Assembly: GCA_000002445.1 (NCBI GenBank)
Contig: CM000208.1
Span: 1,760,001-1,824,000, forward strand
Length of the DNA: 64,000 nucleotides
Source of the DNA: Trypanosoma brucei
Lineage: Eukaryota
Reading direction: 5' to 3'
Shown: piece after piece, positions 11,237 to 20,969 of the stretch
Layout: every line of letters begins with the position of its first letter
How positions within the stretch are numbered: the stretch's first letter is position 1
The notes under the pieces: generated by a model
What the model saw: the letters and a program-made list of their open reading frames with translations, nothing else
Told to the model about the DNA's origin: nothing
Databases searched by the model: none
Position numbers and translations under genes: made by a program

Positions 11237-12838
11237 TGGTGCAAAGGAAAAAAAAAAAAGAAAAGCGACTTTGACTGAACAAAGTGGGCATGTGCAGTTT
11301 GTTTAAGCGTGCGCATGTGCATGTGTGTACACACAGAAGGTAGCTGAATGTAACCGTCTACTTCGTTCCGCATATTTTGACTTAATAGCGGTAGTGTTGC
11401 GATTCCGCGCCTGTACGATAATAAAGGCAATTCAAACGCACAGCCGCGGTTTGTAATGACATATGCAACACGTGTGTATATTACTCCAAAGATGGTGGTA
11501 AAATAGAGGAGGCATGTGTGTGGAGGGAGGGGCGAAGAGATCGGGAACGGGATTGGGGGAACCACGTGTGTTATTATCCACATGGCTCCATTAATCAATC
11601 GGATTTGTGAGGGTTCTCTTCATTCCCCGATGTTTTCTTTTCATTTATCTATTCGTGTGCGTGTGAAAAGGTTTAAAAAAAGATAGGGAAGAAGCGTTAC
11701 ATCCCTATCAAAAAGAAAAAAAGAAAATTGAGTTTTTTCTACCTTATTTTGTGTTGACAAAAATCAATACATTCCTTCATATTCGGGCTCGTCTCCATTA
11801 TGACTTCCTCCATACGTGCTAAGAGGAAATGGAGAAGGCATGTGAAGCTGGTTTAGCGTTTGTTCTTTTTGTGTTGTTGTTGTTGTTTTCGCAAAATGGA
11901 AGGAACGAAATTTGAGCCCGCTCACAAACCCTCAGTTACAACCGATGGAGGTCGCGTGTTTCAGCAGCCAGCGAATGCGCTCATCAAAGGCAAAGTTTCC
12001 CTTGGGAAAATTAGTTACGTTTGAATAATAGCACCTGTCGCCCGAAACTCCATGGGAAGGATTCAGTGAGTTTATACCCTAATAATTACCCTTTTCTATG
12101 AGGAGCGTTGCCCTCCCGTCTTCTTAATTATCGCTTGTTTCCTCCGCAACGGGCCGTGAGGACAAAAACACAACGCTTTTTCCCCCCCTTTTGGAGGAAC
12201 TTGGCATGGTCTAGCAGGGTCCGTTTGTTTGTTGGGTGTTTTGTTTTGAATACTTTTTTCGTGCAACTCTCCGTTAACTCACGTCGTTGTGGGGTTGTAA
12301 AAAAGAAAGAAAAGATGTCACTGTCCCACTCGACTGTAGCGGTGGGAAAAAAAAAAACATTACTTTCGCGTGCATCAGCAGACGGTCAGGCGTCTGACGC
12401 GCCCACAGCTCTGTTCTTTTCCTCTTCTCGCCCTCAAACATATGCCTTTTTTTTTTCGGGTGTTTGTTTGCTTGCCTGCTCACTTTAAATTGCTTTTCCA
12501 CTCCCCTTTCCCGTTTGCATTCTACTTTGGTATTTTATTTCGTTTGGATACCCTCTCTGTTAACCTCGGAAAAAGTAAATTAACACAATATAGAATCCAC
12601 AAAAGGCGTGAAGTGAAGGAAGTGGTGGAGAGGGTGGGCACACCAGTAGTAACAGGGACGACAAAACAGACTCAGTTGCCTCTGCTATTGTTCCTTTGCA
12701 CCATTTCGTGTGTGTGTGTGTGTGTTTGAGTGCAAAGAAAAGAAAGAAAGGAAAAGGAGTGCGAGGGAAAGGGAAAGGGATACATCAAGGTTGAGTTGTA
12801 TATAAACTTACACTTTTACTTTCGCTAGGAACCGCGGG

Positions 12839-13816
12839 ATGCCTTTAAGGACCGATTACGCTCGCTATCCGCGTGATGTGCGTGAAAAACAGAACGTGAC
12901 GCGGCCCGCCGGGGAGCGGCGCCTGGCGGATCTTCACCTCACCGCATACCCCAGTGTTCTCAACAGTAATGCACTGGCGGCAGCAGATTCATCTGAAACC
13001 CCGCCAAAGCCCGTTGCGCAGAACAAACCGTACATGGAGAAACCTCCAGTGGAGCTGATGACAACAAATCAGTTGACCGCGCTCCTCAGTAAAATGGCGA
13101 AAGAGGAGGCACTCAAGGACACAACGAAGGGTACGCCACTCGGTGGCGTGGAGTGTACGGAACTGGATCGCAAAACAACCTACCGACTCGATTATTGCAA
13201 CAAGGACGTGCCGGGATTTCACACACGGCAGCGGGTTATACCAGACTACATGAAGAACTGGACTGAGACAGAGAAGGATGATATCCGAGAAGCCAGGAAG
13301 TATCCTTATCTCTCTATCCCGCAGAGTGTGCTTAATTGTCGACCAACTACGTACCGCCGTGATTACATTCCGACAGCACAGCCCAACGAATACAGGACTC
13401 TCTCTCACAAGACAAACCTCCAGGATATGCCTCCATCCTTCGCGTACTCAACGTATGCACTGGATGATCCACGGCGCATCATTAAGTACGACGAGGTTGT
13501 GGCCGCGTGCAGCAAACCAAAATGCATGCTGTGGAAGAGTTATAGTCCGCGCGATTCTTTCCGTGCGAAGACAGGAGTTGCAAAGGACGTTGCCGAGGAG
13601 TTGAGACTACTGCAAGAGTTGCGAGGGCCATCGAATCGATCGTCGGAATCGAGCTCCGTGGCTGGGAAACAGAGGGAAAGCAGTGTTGAATGCAAGAAAC
13701 CGATTCTCTTGCCAGGGTTGCGTGGAATGGGATATCGTATGGCACCGGGTGATGGCAAGGAGTACATTTGGCTTCCTCGAGATCACTTTTGTCATCGAAT
13801 CGTATATGACTACTAG
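12839..13816 (+). CDS. Hypothetical protein (325 aa)
   Basis: Long ORF on the cluster strand with coding-like composition, preceded by a pyrimidine-rich tract. I recognised no domain. Confidence 0.6.
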   Translation: MPLRTDYARYPRDVREKQNVTRPAGERRLADLHLTAYPSVLNSNALAAADSSETPPKPVAQNKPYMEKPPVELMTTNQLTALLSKMAKEEALKDTTKGTPLGGVECTELDRKTTYRLDYCNKDVPGFHTRQRVIPDYMKNWTETEKDDIREARKYPYLSIPQSVLNCRPTTYRRDYIPTAQPNEYRTLSHKTNLQDMPPSFAYSTYALDDPRRIIKYDEVVAACSKPKCMLWKSYSPRDSFRAKTGVAKDVAEELRLLQELRGPSNRSSESSSVAGKQRESSVECKKPILLPGLRGMGYRMAPGDGKEYIWLPRDHFCHRIVYDY

Positions 13817-14426
13817 AACTTCTGCCAGCAGTTTGTTCGTGTAACAACTGTCATCTGACTTACACTGATTGGCACTGAGACAAAAGGATATGGTTGACGT
13901 ATGTAGAGATTTTATATGAAAATTGTGTGTTCCTACAATTGGCTTGAGCAGGTCCCTATTCCAATGGAATCTGTACTATATGTCCGCAGGGGTGTGGATG
14001 CCTTTCCACCTCCCCAGGCGAATGAAGGGAACGCAAGAGAGCCCTCTCTCGTGTACAGAAAAAGAAAAGGGGGGAAGAAGAAAGAAAGAGAGGTGTTTGG
14101 CATTATGTGGGTATGCATGACTCTTCTCTCGCTCTCTCTCTCCCTCTCTTACCTTGTACATTTTCTTTTTTGTGTGCCGTCCCTCCTCCTTCGCCTGATG
14201 AGCACAACCTCACTGCTATTATTAACTTCATCACCATGACACTTCCGGCAAATCCTGTTAGGGTCACACTGGCACGGGTAAAGCACATTTTGCCCATGTT
14301 TACATAACTCTATCTTTAATTTCATTTCTTCGTGTTTTGCCTTCCTTCCACCCCCGCACCGCCCCACGTACGCACGTGCGCCGTGTTCCTAAGGTAACAC
14401 AAGGAACATAAATCAAGCGATTACAC

Positions 14427-16667
14427 ATGGCTTCCGACTTGCAGAAGTCGCGGAACACAGTAAGCGCTGTGCGGAAAATGTTAGTCGGCGACCTTAAGGA
14501 CAACCCTGACGAGCGCCTGAAGGTGTACAACATGCTTGCCGACACTCCATTTAAAGGCACGGGAAAGTCGCCATCGGATCACTGGGTTTCCATGATGTTA
14601 AAGGCGGTGCAGGATCCCTGGTCTCGCATCCGCAAGTTAGGGAGACAATGTCTTCTACGCATCGCCTCCACGCAAACAGGCGTGCAAAAAAAGCGCTATA
14701 TCAAGCAGCTATTAAATCTCGTGCGGGACAGGTGGCCGCGAGTTAGAAATTGGTATGAAAAAGAGGGATTGCTCCTTCTGTTGCTCGATGTGCTTAGCTT
14801 CGCGGAGCCTACCTCGTTAGAGGAAGGTTTGTTAGCAAATATGCTGCTTCTATTGGTTCTACCGTCGGTGTCCGATCCTCAGTTACCGGTAAGTGACGCT
14901 GCGGTTGAGGTGGCACTTCTTGTCACACAGCGTAGTGAAAACCTCGCTTCCTTCACAGTAGATTACAACGTGGTAGCACTCAGAAAGACATGTATCTTTG
15001 ACAAAACCGGTGTTTCGGATCCTCTCACTACTGCTGGACATCTCGGCTGTTTGGCAAAGCTCCTGGCGCTGCATGCAGGGTTGTATACCACCCGTTTGAT
15101 GGCAGACCTGCATCCAATTCTCCAGCAGTTGTCTGCTTATCCTGCTGCTAGTCTTCGCCAACAGGTAGCTCGAGTATGGGCGCTACGCTCCGTAGAAAAC
15201 TTTGACATGGCTCTTACCACAATGGTTGAGAAGGCACACGCCCCCTCAGATAGTGATGAGTGGTGGTGCGTGGTAGAGACACTTCTCATGGCACTGCAGG
15301 AACAATTAACGTATTACCTGTGCTTCCCGGAGAAGGCAAGGGCGCTAAAGCAAATGGCACGCGGAACCATCGTTAAGTCACTTTACGCAGTTCTGGTCCT
15401 GATTGAGGCAAAGCAGTTCGAGGTGGCTCGCATGGCGAAGCAGGTTTTGCCTCTGCTCACGCAGTTTGTGGTTCGATTTACGGAATCCCTCGCATTCCTG
15501 GGGGAGTTGTTGGGTAAAGAAGCCGCACGATTTCAGGAGCGCACGAACTTTGCTTTCCCTTTCCTGTCTGATTTAGTCTGGTTTTTGGTAATTCGACGGT
15601 ATGTGCGGCCCGCTGGGGAGGCAACAGCAGTGCAGAAGGCCGTGATGCAATACCTGATTCCGAGCCTTGTTGGGGAAGGAGATGTGAGCGGCAACATCGA
15701 CACAGAAGGCGTAGCAGCAACCCGGGGGCATGTCGACGACCCACTGTCTGTCATACTTGTCTGCACTTACTTTCCCGAATGCTTAAAGGAACCCGCCGGC
15801 AAAAGACTTTTGAAGTTTGCCATTGATGAGGCGGCGTGGCGGAAGGCATTTTCATGTTTCGGGAATGTTGTCCAATACGCATCAGATTTCACACTTTTAA
15901 TCAGGCAGGAGGAAGTGTCAGCGGGGCAGCTGTTGCCGTTATGGTTCAATTGGCTAGCTGGAGCGTATACACATCAGCAGTGCTTGATACTGGATGCAAT
16001 AAAGGTTGCTATCGCCCCAAAGGAGCAGTTAGTAGGACGAAAGCGCCTCTCATTTGCATATCACTCGGCTTTCTACGCGCCCACAATGAAAGATGAAGGG
16101 GAGGAAGTACCGCTCGGCTTCCACTGGCTGAAGCAGCGCTTCCCAAGCGAGGAGTTGCTGCCAGAGACGCAGCCGGTGCCTATGAATAATATGGAGGGGG
16201 TGGAAGATGTCTTGGGCGACCTCCACAACGTGGTATACCGAAAACTGTACGCCTACAAAGGCACGGAACCATCAGTCCTTAATGCGGTGCGTTCCTTAAT
16301 GATGGCGGAGTGTGGGGCTATGCCACAGCATAAAACACTTGCCGCTGTCGTCTCCGCCGTTGTCACACGCTTGGACAGTGTGGCACCCGAGTGGCGCGGT
16401 GTGTTGGTAACGCAGGGTGCAAAATCGGTCGGCGAAACCACCGCCGCCACGTCCAGGACGGGGGATGCACCATCTGGTGGTTGCAACAATTGGGATGATT
16501 CCGACAGTGAGGAAAACGTCGCAGGTGTAAGTCCGGATGAAGAGATACGGAATGCACGAACAACCCTGTCTGCATTAGTTTACACACATTTTGATGGGAG
16601 GGAAGAGGCTTTTATTCAAGCTGTTTGTGCCACGGGTTCTGAGGATGTGAGGAAGTTGCTGCGCTAA
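14427..16667 (+). CDS. Hypothetical protein (746 aa), helical-repeat-like
   Basis: Long uninterrupted ORF on the cluster strand. Leu-rich amphipathic segments suggest HEAT/ARM-like repeats. No catalytic motif found. Confidence 0.65.
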   Translation: MASDLQKSRNTVSAVRKMLVGDLKDNPDERLKVYNMLADTPFKGTGKSPSDHWVSMMLKAVQDPWSRIRKLGRQCLLRIASTQTGVQKKRYIKQLLNLVRDRWPRVRNWYEKEGLLLLLLDVLSFAEPTSLEEGLLANMLLLLVLPSVSDPQLPVSDAAVEVALLVTQRSENLASFTVDYNVVALRKTCIFDKTGVSDPLTTAGHLGCLAKLLALHAGLYTTRLMADLHPILQQLSAYPAASLRQQVARVWALRSVENFDMALTTMVEKAHAPSDSDEWWCVVETLLMALQEQLTYYLCFPEKARALKQMARGTIVKSLYAVLVLIEAKQFEVARMAKQVLPLLTQFVVRFTESLAFLGELLGKEAARFQERTNFAFPFLSDLVWFLVIRRYVRPAGEATAVQKAVMQYLIPSLVGEGDVSGNIDTEGVAATRGHVDDPLSVILVCTYFPECLKEPAGKRLLKFAIDEAAWRKAFSCFGNVVQYASDFTLLIRQEEVSAGQLLPLWFNWLAGAYTHQQCLILDAIKVAIAPKEQLVGRKRLSFAYHSAFYAPTMKDEGEEVPLGFHWLKQRFPSEELLPETQPVPMNNMEGVEDVLGDLHNVVYRKLYAYKGTEPSVLNAVRSLMMAECGAMPQHKTLAAVVSAVVTRLDSVAPEWRGVLVTQGAKSVGETTAATSRTGDAPSGGCNNWDDSDSEENVAGVSPDEEIRNARTTLSALVYTHFDGREEAFIQAVCATGSEDVRKLLR

Positions 16668-16682
16668 TTGTGGATGGCCGAC

Positions 16683-16709
16683 ACGCGCACACACACACAC
16701 ACACACACA
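16683..16709. repeat. (CA)n microsatellite immediately 3' of the 746-aa ORF
   Basis: Direct read: cacacacacacacacacacacacaa. Confidence 0.85.
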
Positions 16710-17248
16710 ACGTCGCGGCCCACCCTTCAGGCTTTCTCCAGTCCCACGGGGAATTAACGTTTGTTGTTCGTTTAGCTCGCCGTCCCATCGGAGTTGACAC
16801 GGGTTTTGTGTGCGTAGCGTCGGTCCGACATGCACTAGGTTACAGTTTGCGTGAAACCAGCAGTGGTGGGGAAGCGGAGGGGCGTGCTGCGCAGCTGAGG
16901 CTCCTAAAGGGCCGTTACGCCTCTGCGCCATCTATGCTACCCGGGTGGGCTCCTGTAAGGCACTTTGTCCACTCCCCTTTTTGACTGACGTTGTTTGTTG
17001 TATACATGATGTTTCGTGGCCAACTGCCGCATTTCTCCACTTTTTGGCTCTGTCTTCTCCGTGCAGCAGCCTCACATCGGTCAGCGCCCAACGTGTAACA
17101 ATTTAAATGTCAGACGAGTTTCTTGCTTTGTTTTGTGAGTTCTACGTTTACCCTCTTTAGTGTTCCCATATCTGTTTTCTACCCTCCACTAATACCTTCG
17201 GAACACTACTTCCAGGAAACGATAAAGGACAAAACAGGTGCCGAGGCG

Positions 17249-18754
17249 ATGCCTTACGCCTGCCTCCATGGCGGTTCTCTGTGCTTGTTGATATCGCTGC
17301 TTTCGTGCCTCGGTGCCCAGGCAGTACAAACCCTACACCTTGTGCAGCTTGTCCACCGTCACGGAGCGCGGTCTCCCAAGGTAAAACACAATCAAAGTCA
17401 AATATGCGGTGAGGTGCCGTGTGGGTATCTGAACGCTGCCGGGAAGATGATGCTAGTCAATGCAGGTGAATTTCTTAGGAATCACTACAACAGTAACGCA
17501 TCTGAGCCTTTCTTCCCGGAGGAGAGTTACAACTCCTGTGTGACCTACTCGCGTTCCACAGATGTCCCGCGTACGCTGCAGAGCGCTGGGTGTCTTCTGC
17601 GCGGAATGTTCCCCAATGCGTCGGAATTCTTTCCAGCTATACACACTGCAGATGTGAGTACCGATTGGCTACTGCGTTACGACGTGATACCTCAAGCATA
17701 CGCCTTCAGTCATTTAGATGAGCATTGGTGGAGAAATGTGTGTAACCCAAAGCTGGACACGCTTATCGACACCAACACGTTGTTATCCGTTTCGCGGGAG
17801 GTGTTCAGTGAAGGGTTCTGCGCTGATCCACAAAACCGGTGCCATTGCGCGGCGACGCTGTTCGACATTGGTGTCGCCATGCAGTCCGACGGTCGCATCG
17901 ATAAACACCCACTTTTGAGGGAAAATCTCGGCCGGTTGCGCGATATCAAGTTCTTTGAGGATTCTCACCGATTTGTTTACAACGCCTCTGATCGTACGCA
18001 CGCAAAGATGGGGAGTTTGGGGCAGCACCTTGCTCAGGAAATTTTGAAAAATGCGGAGAATCATATGAATGGACTAACGTCGTACAAACTCTATCACTAC
18101 AGCGCACATGACACAACGATAGCACCACTGGCTGCGACACTCGGGGACAGCACAACCACTGGAATCACGCCACCTTACGGTCAGCTGTATGCTTTTGAAC
18201 TGCTGTACGACCACGAAGTTAAAGGGTATATTATTCGGATAAGGCGCGGTGCGCCAGGTCAGAAACCCGAGGAAGGCTATGCATTTAGTTGGGGAGAGTT
18301 TCAGATGAAATGCATGAACGAAAACCACACTGTTTACACAGCTGAGGACAACAAGTGCCCTTACCACGACTTCCGGCGGTTCGTGAAATCCACCAAACCG
18401 CATGATCCCGCGGGACTTTGTTATCTCAACCGGAGGTACCGCGAGCTTTTCCACTGCCCGGGAAATGTTGGAAAACCACCTAATAAGCAGTGCAAAGTCT
18501 TTCGGCGTGTGTGTCCAGCGTGGTCCTGCGAAGAAGGTTACACGTTGAACAGTGTTACCTTAGAGTGCGTGTGCAGTTCCAGGAAATGTATGGAGAATCG
18601 TGACCTGAGCATCAGCACTGACACACTTGGCAGGAATCTTTTCACCATCTTCATCTTTGTGCTCTTGGCACTTCTCATCCCTATTTTTTCCGTATTCGTG
18701 TGCATCGGTAAAAAATTGCGGGCACGAACCCGCAGAACGAGGGCGAAGGGCTAG
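17249..18754 (+). CDS. Membrane-bound histidine acid phosphatase (type I membrane protein)
   Basis: Signal peptide MPYACLHGGSLCLLISLLSCLGAQA. RHGxRxP signature LVHRHGARSPK, and a distal HD motif (YSAHDTT). Cys-rich juxtamembrane segment. C-terminal transmembrane span LFTIFIFVLLALLIPIFSVFVCI followed by a basic tail. The ORF-track start at 17123 translates a pyrimidine tract, so I moved the start to the ATG at 17249. Confidence 0.85.
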   Translation: MPYACLHGGSLCLLISLLSCLGAQAVQTLHLVQLVHRHGARSPKVKHNQSQICGEVPCGYLNAAGKMMLVNAGEFLRNHYNSNASEPFFPEESYNSCVTYSRSTDVPRTLQSAGCLLRGMFPNASEFFPAIHTADVSTDWLLRYDVIPQAYAFSHLDEHWWRNVCNPKLDTLIDTNTLLSVSREVFSEGFCADPQNRCHCAATLFDIGVAMQSDGRIDKHPLLRENLGRLRDIKFFEDSHRFVYNASDRTHAKMGSLGQHLAQEILKNAENHMNGLTSYKLYHYSAHDTTIAPLAATLGDSTTTGITPPYGQLYAFELLYDHEVKGYIIRIRRGAPGQKPEEGYAFSWGEFQMKCMNENHTVYTAEDNKCPYHDFRRFVKSTKPHDPAGLCYLNRRYRELFHCPGNVGKPPNKQCKVFRRVCPAWSCEEGYTLNSVTLECVCSSRKCMENRDLSISTDTLGRNLFTIFIFVLLALLIPIFSVFVCIGKKLRARTRRTRAKG

Positions 18755-19532
18755 TGCATTGTTGTTTTGTGTTTGTGTGTATGTGTTTCCGTTTGGGGAT
18801 GACGGGGCATTTGTAGACCAGGGAAGCCGCAGTATGATACTGGTATCTGACTGTTCTGATGCATGTGGTTTGTCCGCTGCTTTCCTCCGTTTAGTCCGGC
18901 TCCGTTCGACCTCAAGCTCCTCATGCAAAGAACGTAACTGCCGAATACCGTAGACGCTTAGTTCCTCCGGTGGATGCAGTGTAAAAATCGGACCAACAAC
19001 CAGTGATATAACAAATCCCCACCATCTTCCTCTGGGACTGGCCTGTTGTAAATAAGTTTGTTTGCGTGAATTTTTTTGACCTTGTGCGGTAATCACGTGA
19101 GGCCCTGGGAGAAGGGTGACCCTTCCTCTACACCCTCAGGCCTGAAAGAAAGTGCTCTCCTGAAGGGCAAATTGCTCGCACTAAGCACATAAAACCCTCT
19201 GTTTGCGTTTTCTCACTGTGCATAAAGTGGAAGGGATATGTGTTCAGCGAAGTGATGAGACTTCGCCAATGTTTGGGCGTATGTTTGATATGTGTTGCTC
19301 GGGCCCCTCCCCCCACGGTGCTGGCCGGTCATTTTTTTTTGTTGGCGGACGCCAGCACTGCAGCGGAGAGGTGCCGATGCGCTGTATCTCTTTTGTGCGG
19401 CTTCATGGAAGTTACGACCGAAATAACCGGAAAGGAAACTCCAACTCACCGCCGTCGCGTTGGCCGCAAGACGGTCGTGTCGTGTTTCTCCTAACATTCG
19501 CGTCTCGGTACTATCGGCGGGGCAGCCGGCGC
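18755..19532. other. Convergent strand-switch region between the plus and minus polycistronic clusters
   Basis: All supported CDSs from 250 to 18754 are on the plus strand. All from 19533 to the window end are on the minus strand. No tRNA-like A/B box was found in between. Confidence 0.7.
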
Positions 19533-19817
19533 TCATGCATGTAGCCTCGCAACTCCACGGAGCAGTTGGACTTCCTCGAGTTTTCTGTCAGCCTCCATGA
19601 GTTTCTGCTCGACGAAACCGTGCACAGCCTTTAGTTTTTTTGAGGTATTACATAACGCTTTTATTGCGGACAATTTCAAAGCTGCCCCAGCGTCCGCATG
19701 ATGACAACAACCACTTACTAACGCCACTACTAAAAATGCCACTGTTCTTCGCATTTGCTGAAGAAAACAAAAGATGCCTGGCACCTGCAACCCACTAAGT
19801 TTTCCCTTAAACCACAC
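19533..19817 (-). pseudogene. Truncated paralogue of the N-terminal part of the 20184-20969 protein (signal peptide plus helical region only)
   Basis: ADAGAALKLSAIKALCNTSKKLKAVHGFVEQKLMEADRKLEEVQLLRGVARL aligns with ADSGALSLSGAAEALRNASGKLKSVYAFVQAKTKYATEKVREFEDMVELVRL of the neighbouring ORF (about 40% identity by eye). The ORF terminates after 94 aa. Confidence 0.35.
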
Positions 19818-20183
19818 AAACTAAGAAATACGAATTTAAAACAACCAAAAATAACAACGCGAGGGTCCTCCTGAGAGAGTCAGCCCTGCCAACACCACAT
19901 ATCGCCATCTCCTCCAACAGCTTCTCCTCTTGCACCGTTTCTCTGTTCCCGAGCACGACGAATGACTTCCCACTATCCTCATCTACCACTACTGTGCTTT
20001 TATTTCCGTGGGTGCCCGTGTTCACAATAGCTTGCGCGTATTCCCAGTTCCAGTGTGCGCCGGTTTCGTGCGCCAGCTCTTCGATGTGAGTATACAAGTT
20101 CACAAATTTGCGAAGCTCTCGGTAGGCGTTTCTAAGAACGGGGACGTTGTTAACGGGGTCTTCCTCCCAAGTTACATCGTGTA

Positions 20184-20969
20184 TTAGAACCTCTGCACGG
20201 GTTTTTCCTGTCCCCCCAACGAATCCTCTTCCACTTCGTTTAAGGGAAATAATTCTATCTCCCCAGAGTATTCCTCTGGAGGTGCTGTTTTCGGAGAGGT
20301 AGCCGCCCCCGGACGGGTGTTTGTTAGGTGGCAGTTTGCGCTGTGGACGTAGCGTTCCAAGGGGTTTCCACCGCCACCAGTGAGCCTAAGCAATTCGTTC
20401 ATACTCTCCCGTGTCATGTTCATTTCCTCCACCCTTTCCATGCGGTGCATACCCCCCAAAGAAATAAATTCATCCTTCTCCGAGTCACTTAAATAGCAAT
20501 TCAACAACTGATTCCGCGTCGCGTGGTGCTCGCTATTTCCTACGCAAAAATCCCCTTTCCCACTGGAATACGCGCGCCGCCACACATTTATCATTTCATC
20601 CAACCTCCCCGCCGCTATCCCTGCTGCCCCTACCGCTGAGTATCCAAGATATCTCAACCTCTTCAATTCTCTCCTCTTCACCCTATTCACTTTACTCCCC
20701 ACACGTTTCAAAAACTTCGCGATCCCCGTGCACGAGGTCCAATTGCTATTTCCCCCTTCATTTCCCCTAACCTTCACAATCTTCAACCTCACCAACTCCA
20801 CCATATCCTCAAACTCCCTCACCTTCTCGGTTGCATACTTAGTTTTCGCTTGGACGAAGGCATACACCGATTTCAACTTCCCCGACGCATTACGGAGCGC
20901 TTCCGCAGCTCCACTCAAACTCAGTGCGCCACTGTCCGCAAAAGCAAAATGACAAAGAGAAAAATACAA
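20184..20969 (-). CDS. Hypothetical secreted/surface protein, possibly the 5' part of a frameshifted gene that continues into 19807-20103
   Basis: N-terminal signal-peptide-like MYFSLCHFAFADSGA. The 261-aa ORF is followed, in another frame, by ORF 19807-20103. That ORF ends in a hydrophobic GPI-signal/TM-like tail (LALLFLVVLNSYFLVCVV). The two starts differ by one frame. Confidence 0.5.
   Translation of the reverse strand: MYFSLCHFAFADSGALSLSGAAEALRNASGKLKSVYAFVQAKTKYATEKVREFEDMVELVRLKIVKVRGNEGGNSNWTSCTGIAKFLKRVGSKVNRVKRRELKRLRYLGYSAVGAAGIAAGRLDEMINVWRRAYSSGKGDFCVGNSEHHATRNQLLNCYLSDSEKDEFISLGGMHRMERVEEMNMTRESMNELLRLTGGGGNPLERYVHSANCHLTNTRPGAATSPKTAPPEEYSGEIELFPLNEVEEDSLGGQEKPVQRF

Noticed and set aside
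11068-11598. 176-aa minus-strand ORF just downstream of INO1
   Set aside because: Opposite to the cluster direction. It translates a low-complexity region (poly-F, HMHMRT) of the INO1 3' flank.
20184-20969. Possible metallophosphoesterase GNHE-like motif (CVGNSEHH) in the 261-aa protein
   Set aside because: This is a single degenerate motif. The accompanying GDxHG and GDxxDRG motifs are absent, and the N-terminal signal peptide plus the paralogue relationship point to a surface-protein family instead.
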